Source of the DNA: an uncultured delta proteobacterium
GTDB lineage: Bacteria; Myxococcota; UBA727; VGSZ01
Length of the DNA: 64,000 nucleotides
Direction of reading: 5' to 3'
NCBI GenBank assembly: GCA_963775425.1
Contig: CAVZJB010000003.1
Location: 206,983 to 270,982 of the forward strand
Positions within the stretch are counted from its first letter, which is position 1. Each line of letters starts with the position of its first letter. The notes beneath the pieces were generated by a model. It was not told where the DNA came from, ran no database searches, and saw only the letters and a program-made list of their open reading frames with translations. Below, piece after piece: positions 51,425 to 60,909 of this stretch. The position numbers and the translations under genes were made by a program.

Positions 51425-52100
51425 CCGCGTTATCGAGGAAGTTCTGCTTCAGATCGCTGCATCGCGAGAAACCGAGGCGCCGGGGCCTCGCTCCTGCGTC
51501 CGTAGCCGCACTGCAACAGATTGCGGGGGAGGAGCGGGCCGGCTCAGTCCCCGTAGCCATCGCTTCCCGCCGGCTCAGTGCAGCAATCGCGTCATCTGTC
51601 TCGAGGTCCTCCTTCGAGAGATCAGATGTCGCCTTCGTGTTGGTGAGACGCGCCTTCAGGAACTTCACCAGATAGGTTTCGCCCGCGACCGCGTCGACTT
51701 TGGCGCGCTGGGCCACCTCAACGTTGCTGAAGTCCTGCTTTCCTTCGCGAAACAGCTCCATGACTGCGATGTAGACCCGCATGCCCTTGTTTGGCTGCTT
51801 CAGACCCTTCGAAGCCTTCGCGCGGTTGCACGCCATGCAAAGGACTTGCAGGTTCTCGAGGGCGTGGTTCTTGGCGTTCCCATCAACATGGTCAAAAGTG
51901 ATGCGTCGGTGCGAGCCGCACTTGCTACAGCGGAAGTCAGCATCGACAACGAGTTTCCAGAGTTCCTTTGTCGTCGGCGCGGACTTTCCGTAGGTTTCGC
52001 TCTTGAGCCAAGATCCCCGAACCGCGCCTGGCTGCGGAGGGCCGAACGCAGACAGTAGCGCCGCGAGCACGTCGTCTTCATTGAGCTCAAGCAGCTTCAT
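51282..52100 (-). CDS. HNH endonuclease
   Basis: CSKCGSHRRITFDHVDGNAKNHALENLQVLCMACN is the canonical HNH motif with a Zn-binding CxxC...CxxC. Start chosen at MKLLELNEDDV, because the upstream part of the ORF overlaps the rayT region. The 3' end overlaps the convergent ORF ending 51424. Confidence 0.7.
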   Translation of the reverse strand: MKLLELNEDDVLAALLSAFGPPQPGAVRGSWLKSETYGKSAPTTKELWKLVVDADFRCSKCGSHRRITFDHVDGNAKNHALENLQVLCMACNRAKASKGLKQPNKGMRVYIAVMELFREGKQDFSNVEVAQRAKVDAVAGETYLVKFLKARLTNTKATSDLSKEDLETDDAIAALSRREAMATGTEPARSSPAICCSAATDAGARPRRLGFSRCSDLKQNFLDNAATFLRRHRHHQHPAESVAPSTSVASALLVERQATCRSARARTASGRR

Positions 52101-52420
52101 GAATTCGAGTGACTCGTTCCACGGTGTCCTCGCTTTCTTCGGCCGCGACCGATGACGATGCTCTACGTTGGGTATCACGCAGGCGACGACGTCGCACTCA
52201 GCTCGCGACGGATCGCGGCACGCAGTTCGAAAAACCTCAAGCCGGGCGCGTTCGTGTTCTTCTGCGCGCGCAAAGCGCTTGGGGAGAAACGCCGTTTCTC
52301 CCCCGTCGCGGGCGGAGCCCGACGACGGCTCCCCCTCTTCCCCCGTCGCTGTGGCTCCTGCCTCCCTCCGGTCGGCCTCGTTCAGGGGCGGAGGCTCGTT
52401 CGAGCTTCGCCGTCGCGACC

Positions 52421-53078
52421 CTGGTCTGAGGGGGGCAGGCGTCCCGCCTGTCACGGGCGTCCCATGCGGATCAGGCGAGATCTCGCGCAAGAAGATCGAG
52501 CTCGGTCGGATGTTCATTGTGGACACAGACGCGCGCCGCCCAACCCTACATCGACGACGGCTCCCTCACTTCGTCCCGCCGCAGACCGAGCGCGGACAGA
52601 CTTACACTTCGTCACATGGCGCGTGCGCCGAGGCGTGGCACATCTCAGTCCTGACGAACGAGGCCGCGTCCGCGCGGCCATCAATCATTGCGATGCCATG
52701 CGCTACGAAGTCCACGCAGCCGTCGTCATGGACGATCACGTGCACGTGCTGTTGACGCTACTCGCTGACCACACGCTGAGCCGCGTGCTCCACACCTGGA
52801 AGTCGTTCACGGCGCACGAGCTTCAGAAGCTCGGCCGTCGCGGGAGCGTTTGGCAGGATGAGTCCTTCGACCGCACGATCTTCAGCGCGGCGGAGCCTCG
52901 AGCAGAAGGCAAGGTACATCGCGGCGAATCCGACGAAACGATGGCCCACCTTGTCCGGCTATCTGTGGGTGCAGTGTGTGGTCATGTTCACCAACGATCC
53001 GTGACAGGCGGGACGCCTGCCCCCCTCAGACGAACGATCAGTGACACGCGGGACGCGTGGCCCCCCTCAGACGAGAGC
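52421..53078 (+). mobile_element. REPtron-like unit: REP-associated tyrosine (Y1, IS200/IS605-like) transposase flanked by inverted hairpin repeats
   Basis: Left CTGGTCTGAGGGGGGCAGGCGTCCCGCCTGTCACGG (52421-52462) is the reverse complement of right CCGTGACAGGCGGGACGCCTGCCCCCCTCAGACG (52999-53036), with a second partial right copy at 53041-53078. Each contains the CAGGCG-TCC-CGCCTG hairpin. Confidence 0.6.
52464..53004 (+). pseudogene. rayT: REP-associated tyrosine transposase RayT (TnpA_REP), frameshifted near 52900
   Basis: DLHFVTWRV...HAAVVMDDHVHVLLT is the HuH motif. The conserved C-terminal ...ARYIAANPTKRWPTLSGYLW (YIxxNP motif) lies in the +1 frame ending at TGA 53002-53004. Confidence 0.55.
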
Positions 53079-53102
53079 TTCCGGCGTCATCAGGCGCAGC
53101 TC

Positions 53103-53280
53103 GGTTCGAAAATCCTCCATCCGGGCGCGCGTTTCGAGCCCATTCGCGACGTCGGCTACGTCGACGACCCGTAGGGCGGGGGCTCGTCCCCCGCCTTTTC
53201 CGTCGGCGGGCGCGCGTGGGGATACGGGGGACAAGCCCCCGCCCTACGCACCGCGGTTCGCAAATCGTCACACCGGGCGC
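53103..53280. repeat. 178-bp BIME-like repeat copy 1 (two inverted GTAG-headed REP hairpins GTAGGGCGGGGGCTCGTCCCCCGCC)
   Basis: Near-identical to 53992-54170. Begins with tRNA-T-loop-like GGTTCGAAAA. Contains GGCGGGGG-CTCGT-CCCCCGCC hairpins in inverted orientation. Confidence 0.75.
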
Positions 53281-53376
53281 GCTCTCCGATTTCGCCAACG
53301 ACGTCGAGGGCTTGGCCGACCCACGTGTCGACGCTTTCGAACTGAAGCCCGACGCGCAGCTTGCTAAGCTGATGGC

Positions 53377-53622
53377 GTGGCGAACGTAGAGCTTCTGAAG
53401 CGCATCAGCGTCGACCCTGCCGTCTGCGGTGGCCGGCCTTGTATCCGGGGGCACCGCATCTGGGTGTCGCTGGTGCTCGACTTCCTCGCCGACGGCGAGT
53501 CCGTCGACCAGATCGTCGCGAACTATCCCGGCATCGAGGCTGCGGACGTCCTCGCGTGCATCGCGTACGGCGCCGAGATGAGCCGGCTGCGCGAGGTCCC
53601 GCCGCGCCCCGCAGCAGGATGA
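53377..53622 (+). CDS. DUF433 domain protein (antitoxin-like)
   Basis: MANVELLKRISVDPAVCGGRPCIRGHRIWVSLVLDFLADGESVDQIVANYPGIEAADVLACIAYGAE is the DUF433 signature. ATGA overlap with the downstream DUF5615 gene. Confidence 0.75.
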   Translation: MANVELLKRISVDPAVCGGRPCIRGHRIWVSLVLDFLADGESVDQIVANYPGIEAADVLACIAYGAEMSRLREVPPRPAAG

Positions 53623-53984
53623 AGATCAAGCTCGACGAGAACCTCGGGCGACGTGGAGGGGCGGTCTTCCGCGTTGCGGGTCACGACGTCGACAGCGTCG
53701 TCGACGAAGGTCTCGCGAGCGCCGCCGACGATGCGGTGCGCGCGGCTGCGACGAGGGCGGAGCGCGTTCTCGTCACGCTCGACCTCGACTTCGCCAACCC
53801 GCTCCGGCATCCGCCGGCCGGGACGCCGGGGATCGCCGTGCTGCGGCTGCCGGAACCGCTTACGCCGTCCCTCATCGACGGCGCTGTCGTCGTGCTGCTC
53901 GGCGAGCTCGGCCGTGAACCGATCGATGGCCGACTCTGGATCGTCGAGGTGGATCGCATCCGCATCTACGATCCCGAGAGCTGA
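53619..53984 (+). CDS. DUF5615 (PIN-like) domain protein, putative toxin partner of DUF433
   Basis: MKIKLDENLG...VLVTLDLDFANPLRHPP...IAVLRLPEP is the DUF5615 pattern. A conserved two-gene DUF433/DUF5615 arrangement. Confidence 0.7.
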   Translation: MKIKLDENLGRRGGAVFRVAGHDVDSVVDEGLASAADDAVRAAATRAERVLVTLDLDFANPLRHPPAGTPGIAVLRLPEPLTPSLIDGAVVVLLGELGREPIDGRLWIVEVDRIRIYDPES

Positions 53985-53991
53985 AGGACAG

Positions 53992-54170
53992 CGGTTCGAA
54001 AAGCGTCAAGCCGGGCGCGCGTTTCGAGCCATTCGCGACGTCGGCTACGTCGACGACCCGTAGGGCGGGGGCTCGTCCCCCGCCTTTTCCGTCGGCGGGC
54101 GCGCGTGGGGATGCGGGGGACAAGCCCCCGCCCTACGCACCGCGGTTCGCAAATCGTCACACCGGGCGCA
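53992..54170. repeat. 178-bp BIME-like repeat copy 2
   Basis: Same sequence as 53103-53280 with a few substitutions (GGGGATGCGGGGGACAAGCCCCCGCCCTACG). Confidence 0.75.
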
Positions 54171-54183
54171 CAGCTCAAGCGGC

Positions 54184-54650
54184 GGTTCGAATCCTGCCGG
54201 GCCCACAGCTCAAGCGCTCCTCGGCCGCGCGCCCGCTCCGGATAGGCCCAAGCACCGTCGGCGCGGGTGCGGATCGTCGTGCAGGGCGGTTCGAATCCTG
54301 CCGGGCCCACAGTTCAAGCGCTCCTTCGCCGCGCGCCCGCTCCGGATAGGCCCAAGCACCGTCGGCGCGGGTGCGGATCGTCGTGCAGGGCGGTTCGAAT
54401 CCTGCCGGGCCCACAGTTCAAGCGCTCCTTCGCCGCGCGCCCGCTCCGGATAGGCCCAAGCACCGTCGGCGCGGGTGCGGATTGTCGTGCAGGGCGGTTC
54501 GAATCCTGCCGGGCCCACAGTTCAAGCGCTCCTTCGCCGCGCGCCCGCTCCGGATAGGCCCAAGCACCGTCGGCGCGGGTGCGGATTGTCGTGCAGGGCG
54601 GTTCGAATCCTGTCGGGCCCACAGTTCAAGCGCTCCTCCGCCGCACGCCA
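54184..54650 (+). repeat. attR-type tandem array: 4 full plus 1 partial copies of the 104-bp tRNA-3'-end-containing unit
   Basis: GGTTCGAATCCTG(C/T)CGGGCCCACAG recurs at 54184, 54288, 54392, 54496, 54600 (exact 104-bp spacing). The last copy diverges after ~50 bp. Confidence 0.85.
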
Positions 54651-54992
54651 CCGTCGGCGAATGCGTGGCACATCGCGGCCGATCGGTGTGGCGGCCGTCG
54701 CCTCGAAAAGGAGCCGCGGCGTCGGCGGCCGGTCGGAGCCGTCGGCTCTGACGACGGGGCCCGGCACGCGACGGCTCCGGAGGCCGTCGACGCCGCGACT
54801 CTGGTGCCGCGTCATCCGGCAACATGTTCCGCGTGACGCAAGCGCGAGCTCCGCGAGCGGGCCCACGAAGGCGAAACGCCGAAGGGGGGGACCCGCGCGA
54901 AGCGCGGGGGGGCCGGAGGCCCGGCTGTTCGCGCGCGTCAGCGCGCAAGAGAGCGGCTTGACCACGTGGACGTCGTGCGCCAAGAGGCCTTC

Positions 54993-55735
54993 ATGCCCGA
55001 GATTCCCATCGCCGAGCAGTTGGTCCTGCTGGCCGAGCTCGCGAACGTCGACGCCAAGCACCGCGCCATCAGCGACAAGCTCGAGATGCTCCCCGCCGCC
55101 GCCAAGAAGGCGGACGCCGCCGTCGCCGCGCTCAAGAAGCAGGCGGACGACGCCGACGCGCGCAAAGACGCGGCGGACAGAGCGAAGAAGCAGGTCGAGG
55201 GCGAGATCCAGGACGAGAAGCTCAAGATCAAGAGGTGGGAGGCGCGCGCGCACGAGATTCGCGGCGAGCGCGAGCACGCGGCGCTCCTGTCCGAGATCAA
55301 CACCGCCAAGCGCGTCATCCACCGCCTCGAGGACACGCAGCTCGAGCACATGGAGGTCATCGAGGCGCAGACCGGCGCCGCCACGCAGGCCATGGCCAAG
55401 CTCGAGACGGCGTCCGCCGAGGCCAAGGAGGAGTGGCAGAAGGTCGAAGGCGACCTCGCCACCCTGCGCGGCGAGGGCGACGTCCTCGACGCCGCGCGCA
55501 AGGCGCTCCTCGAGAAGCTCCCCGCGCCCCTCGTCAAGCGCTACGACACCATCGCCGCCAAGCGACACGGCGTCGGCGTCAGCGTCATCTCGGGCGAGGT
55601 CTGCAGCATGTGCAAGCGCACGCTGCCGCCGCAGCTCTGCATCCAGGTCCGCAAGGGAGCCGTCCTCGAGCAGTGCCCGTCGTGCTCGCGGCTCCTCGTC
55701 CACGAAGAGATGATGAAGGCGCAGGAGCCCGCGTG

Positions 55736-55736
<1 letters not shown>
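54993..55736 (+). CDS. COG1579-type coiled-coil protein with C-terminal C4 zinc ribbon
   Basis: [34 protein letters not shown]... is a long coiled coil, then [11 protein letters not shown]...CPSCSRLL (CxxC...CxxC). Confidence 0.7.
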
Positions 55737-57001
<1,265 letters not shown>

Positions 57002-57035
57002 CGGTTCGCCCCGGCCGCCGCTCACCGGCCGCCGC

Positions 57036-57362
57036 TCACATCAGGGTCGTGTCGAGGAACGCGCGCAAGGACGGCGCCCGCTCGTCGTCGACGGCCTCGC
57101 GGCACGCGGCGCTCGCCCGCTCGGCGAGCGCCCGCAGCTCGGCCCACGGCACGCGAAGCACGTGCACGAGATCGGGGAACAGCTCGGACACCTCGCTGCG
57201 CCACTCGGGCGCCGACGCGTCGAGGTGGTCCGGCCGCTGCAGATAGAGGTCGACGAAGCCGCCGTCGACGTCGACGACGGCCGCGGCCGACGCGACGTCC
57301 TCCGCGTACGCGGCGGGATGGCGCGGCGGCGAGCCCTTGGCAACGCCGCCCGCGTCGCGCAT
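57036..57362 (-). CDS. hypothetical protein (108 aa)
   Basis: The only ORF filling the glyA-nrdR gap on the minus strand. No domain recognised. Could be antisense noise. Confidence 0.2.
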   Translation of the reverse strand: MRDAGGVAKGSPPRHPAAYAEDVASAAAVVDVDGGFVDLYLQRPDHLDASAPEWRSEVSELFPDLVHVLRVPWAELRALAERASAACREAVDDERAPSLRAFLDTTLM

Positions 57363-57371
57363 ACAGGCGCC

Positions 57372-57836
57372 ATGAAGTGCCCCTTCTGCAACTCCGGTGA
57401 CAACGGCGTCGTCGATTCGCGGGAGACGGAAGACGGGCGCGCCATCCGCCGCCGCCGCTCGTGCAGCGCCTGCGCCCGGCGGTTCACCACCTACGAGCGC
57501 ATCGAGGAGCAGCTCCTCACCGTCGTCAAGAAGGACGGCAGCCGCACCGCGTTCGACCGCAACAAGCTCACCGCCGGGATGAAGCGCGCCTGCGAGAAGC
57601 GGCCGGTTCCCACGCCCCGGATCGAGAAGGTCGCCGCCGACATCGAGCGGCGGGCGCAGGAGCTCGGCGAGCGCGAGATCTCGTCGCGCTGGTTCGGCGA
57701 GCAGGTGATGATCGCGCTGCGCGAGCTCGACGAGGTCGCCTACGTGCGCTTCGCCAGCGTCTATCGTTCGTTCCGCGACGTCGACGAGTTCGCCCGCGAG
57801 CTCGAGGCGCTGCGCCGGCCCGCGCCCGAGGCATGA
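57372..57836 (+). CDS. nrdR: transcriptional repressor NrdR
   Basis: [46 protein letters not shown] is the zinc ribbon, followed by the ATP-cone region. Confidence 0.95.
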   Translation: MKCPFCNSGDNGVVDSRETEDGRAIRRRRSCSACARRFTTYERIEEQLLTVVKKDGSRTAFDRNKLTAGMKRACEKRPVPTPRIEKVAADIERRAQELGEREISSRWFGEQVMIALRELDEVAYVRFASVYRSFRDVDEFARELEALRRPAPEA

Positions 57837-58963
57837 CGCTCCCGTCGGCGTTCGCGCATCTGCTGGACGGCGCCGCGTCGCCGGCGGGCGCCGCGCACGG
57901 CGAGCCGAACGCGGCGTCGCGCGGCGGCGGCGACGAGGCGCTGCTGTGGCGCGCGCTCGACAACGCCGCGCGCGGTGTCGGGCGCACGGCGCCGAACCCG
58001 CCCGTGGGCGCCGTCGTCGTGAAGGACGGCTTCGTCCTCGGCGACGGCCACCACGCGAGAGCCGGCGATCGCCACGCCGAGGTCGTCGCCCTCGACGCCG
58101 TGCTCGCGGCGCACGGGGCGGGCGCCGCGCGCGGGTCCACGATGTTCGTCACGCTCGAGCCGTGCGTGCACCACGGGCGCACGCCGCCGTGCAGCGAGCG
58201 CGTCATCGCCGAGGGCGTCGCGCGCGTCGTCGTCGGCGCGCTCGATCCGAACCCCGCGGTGCACGGCAAGGGCGTCGCGCGCTTGAGGCAGGCCGGCGTC
58301 GCCGTCGCCGTCGCCGCCGGCGCGGTCGCCGATCGCTGCGCGGCGCTCATCGCGCCGTTTTCGCGCGCGCTCGTCGACGGGCGCGTGTACGTCGTCCTCA
58401 AGATCGCCGCCTCGCTCGACGGCCGCGTGGCGACGGCTAACGGCGCGTCGCGGTGGATCACCGGCGCCCCCGCGCGCGCGCTCGTGCACCGGCTGCGCGA
58501 CGCCTGCGACGCCGTCGTCGTCGGCGCCGGCACCGTCCTCGCCGACGACCCCGCGCTCACGGTGCGAGACGTCCCCGGCCGCGATCCCCTGCGGGTGATC
58601 CTCGACGGCCGCGGCCGCGTCCCCGCGTCGGCGCGCGCCCTCGCGGGTGCCGTCCATGTGCGGGCCGAGCCGGGCCGCGACCACGTCGACCTCCGCGCGG
58701 CGCTCGCGGACCTGGCCCGCGGCCGCGGCCTCGCCGCAGCGCTCGTCGAGGCCGGCCCCGGGCTCGCCACCGCGCTCCTCGAGCAGGACCTCGTCGACGA
58801 GCTGTGGTGGATGACCGCGCCTGTGGTCCTCGGCGGCGACGCGCTCCCCGCGGTCGGCGCCCTCGGCCTCGCCGCCCCCGCCGACGGCCCGCGCTTCTCG
58901 GTGCTCCACCGCGCCGCCCTCGGCGACGACGCGGTCGCGGTGCTGCGCCGGATCGGCTCGTGA
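57833..58963 (+). CDS. ribD: bifunctional riboflavin biosynthesis protein RibD (deaminase/reductase)
   Basis: ATGA overlap with nrd[10 protein letters not shown]...[18 protein letters not shown] is the CMP/dCMP deaminase zinc motif. C-terminal reductase domain ([15 protein letters not shown]...). Confidence 0.9.
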   Translation: MTLPSAFAHLLDGAASPAGAAHGEPNAASRGGGDEALLWRALDNAARGVGRTAPNPPVGAVVVKDGFVLGDGHHARAGDRHAEVVALDAVLAAHGAGAARGSTMFVTLEPCVHHGRTPPCSERVIAEGVARVVVGALDPNPAVHGKGVARLRQAGVAVAVAAGAVADRCAALIAPFSRALVDGRVYVVLKIAASLDGRVATANGASRWITGAPARALVHRLRDACDAVVVGAGTVLADDPALTVRDVPGRDPLRVILDGRGRVPASARALAGAVHVRAEPGRDHVDLRAALADLARGRGLAAALVEAGPGLATALLEQDLVDELWWMTAPVVLGGDALPAVGALGLAAPADGPRFSVLHRAALGDDAVAVLRRIGS

Positions 58964-59305
58964 GCGCGCGCGGCGTGGTGATCGACCGGCGCGCTGCCGT
59001 TGCGACCGGCCTGCACGAGGATCTGCGCGCGGCTCATGATCCGCGTCCCCGCCGCGATCGCCGCAGGCGCGGTGACTCCCTCCACGGCGGAACGCGCCGA
59101 CGTCGTTCGGCGCGGCGCGGGGGAGGGCCACCGCCGCGTGCCGACGTCGTTCGCCGGCCGATCGAGGGAGCGCATGAAATTCTTTCGTCGGGGCTGGCGC
59201 GCGCGCATCACCCGTGGCACACGGCGGGTGATCGCGGCGCGCTTCCTGCACCGCGAGTGCCGAAGTGTGCGTGAGCCGCACACCCCGTTGTGAAGGAGTG
59301 CCTGT

Positions 59306-60778
59306 ATGTGTCGGATGGTCATGACCCCTGTCCTCGTTGCCAGCCTCGCCGTGGCTGTCGCTGCATTCACCGCTTGCCCCGGCGAAGGCGAAGGCGAAGG
59401 TGAGGGCGAGGGCGAAGGCGAAGGCGAGGGCGACACCCAGTGCGGCGCGCGCGACCTCCCCTGCCACCCGGACGGCACCCCCAACTCGCAGTCCGACTGC
59501 TGCGACGCCACCGACGTCTGCGTGCCGCTCGACGGCAACGCCACCGTCGGCGCCTGCCGCCAGAAGTGCGGCGACCTCACCATCCAGAACGGCCAGGTCG
59601 CGAACGCCACCAAGGACCCCAGCGTCACCTGCACGGGGACGCGCACCTGCCAGACCGTCACCACCACCCCGGCGCTCGACATCGTCGCCGAGGCGTGCAT
59701 CGAGCCGGCTGACGGCATCGACGGCCTCTGCCACGACCTCTTCGACGTCGAGCTCCAGGACGCGGCGTGCCCCGACGGCCTCGACTGCGAGATCACGGCC
59801 ACCGACGCCAACGGCGACCCGTCGTCGTTGAACTGCAAGCAGCCGTGCGACCCCTTCGACGACACCAGCGTCGCCGTCTGCACGGACCAGGGCCTCGAGT
59901 GCCTCCAGGCGCCGCTGCAGTTCGCGAACATCCAGGACGACGGCAACGGCGGCCAGGTCCGCTGCGACGACGGCGCCACGCCCGACGGCAACGAGCTCGC
60001 GGCCTGCCAGGCCGGCGGCAACGCCGCGGACTGCCCGTGTGACACGGCCAACGGCTTCACCTGCGCGCAGTTCGGCCTCACCGGCGGCGGCAGCGGCTTC
60101 TTCTGCAACAAGGCCACCACCAACTGCGCCACCAACGTCCCGGCCACCACCCAGGCCGTCCTCGACGCGGATCCGGCGCACGCGATCAATGACCCGAACT
60201 TCCTCTGCAACGGCGTCGACGCCAGCCGCTACTGCGACCCGTCGATGTTCGACGGCGTGCCGGCCGAGAACGCGGGCAGCGACATCTGCATCTCCATCAG
60301 CCGCACCAGCAACGACGGCGTCTGCTTCGCGTTCTGCGGGTCGCCCGACGTCGACGACAACAACAACGGCACCATCGAGGACACCGAGAAGGGCCAGACC
60401 TTCCAGTGCGCCGACGGCTTCACCTGCGAGCCGAAGTTCGGTGTCAGCATCGGCATCTGGGTCGACATCCTCGACGCCCAGGGCAACCAGCAGACCTGCG
60501 CCTGCGACGGCGACGCCCAGTTCTGCGACGGCGGCACCCAGTGCGGCGCCAGCTCGCCGACCTTCTGCGTGAACAACCAGGGCTTCCACTGCGAGGCCCC
60601 CTTCAGCAGCTGCGAGCCCAACGCCGGCGAAGGCGAGGGCGAAGGCGAAGGCGAAGGCGAAGGCGAAGGCGAAGGCGAAGGCGAAGGCGAAGGCGAAGGC
60701 GAAGGCGAAGGCGAAGGTGAGGGCGAAGGCGAAGGCGAAGGCGAGGGCGAAGGCGAGGGCGAGGGCGAGGGCGAGTAG
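59306..60778 (+). CDS. cysteine-rich secreted lipoprotein with (GE)n repeats at both termini
   Basis: MCRMVMTPVLVASLAVAVAAFTAC has a lipobox, then (GE)10. About 60 Cys in a ~400-aa core. A C-terminal (GE)~27 tail, encoded by (GGCGAA)n. Confidence 0.7.
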   Translation: MCRMVMTPVLVASLAVAVAAFTACPGEGEGEGEGEGEGEGEGDTQCGARDLPCHPDGTPNSQSDCCDATDVCVPLDGNATVGACRQKCGDLTIQNGQVANATKDPSVTCTGTRTCQTVTTTPALDIVAEACIEPADGIDGLCHDLFDVELQDAACPDGLDCEITATDANGDPSSLNCKQPCDPFDDTSVAVCTDQGLECLQAPLQFANIQDDGNGGQVRCDDGATPDGNELAACQAGGNAADCPCDTANGFTCAQFGLTGGGSGFFCNKATTNCATNVPATTQAVLDADPAHAINDPNFLCNGVDASRYCDPSMFDGVPAENAGSDICISISRTSNDGVCFAFCGSPDVDDNNNGTIEDTEKGQTFQCADGFTCEPKFGVSIGIWVDILDAQGNQQTCACDGDAQFCDGGTQCGASSPTFCVNNQGFHCEAPFSSCEPNAGEGEGEGEGEGEGEGEGEGEGEGEGEGEGEGEGEGEGEGEGEGEGEGEGE

Positions 60779-60909
60779 CCCGCGTCCCCAGCTCCGCTGA
60801 CCGAGAGCGCCGGCTTCCCGCCGGCGCTCTTCTTTTGTGGCTCTCACGGCGCGACGCCCCGCCGGATCCTCGGGTGGCAACGAGGACCGGCATCGCCGAC
60901 AATAGGGGC

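Larger units (their letters stand above)
44588..54650. mobile_element. integrated genomic island (~10 kb) at the tRNA-Met 3' end, bounded by 104-bp direct repeats. Carries a serine recombinase, nuclease/NTPase/HNH genes, a REPtron and a TA pair. Partly degraded.
   Basis: Flanking direct repeats containing the tRNA 3' end. Recombinase gene adjacent to attL. Visibly lower GC and a different codon feel between ~46.8 and 52 kb. Housekeeping genes resume at 54993. Confidence 0.75.

Noticed and set aside
54184-54650. Tandem tRNA genes or tRNA pseudogene array
   Set aside because: Each 104-bp unit contains only the T-arm/acceptor 3' segment of tRNA-Met. No D-arm or anticodon arm can be folded, so they are att-site duplications rather than tRNA genes.
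53966-54948. Family of similar small minus-strand ORFs (MGPAGFEPPCTTIRTRADGAWAYPERARG...)
   Set aside because: They are simply translations of the tandem 104-bp att repeat units, which contain no stops in that frame. They are not genes.
58960-59305. ORF 59000-59293 and a possible FMN riboswitch near ribD
   Set aside because: The ORF is Arg-rich and junk-like with no start context. ribD is internal to the nrdR-ribD unit, and no FMN-riboswitch-like conserved core was seen upstream or downstream.
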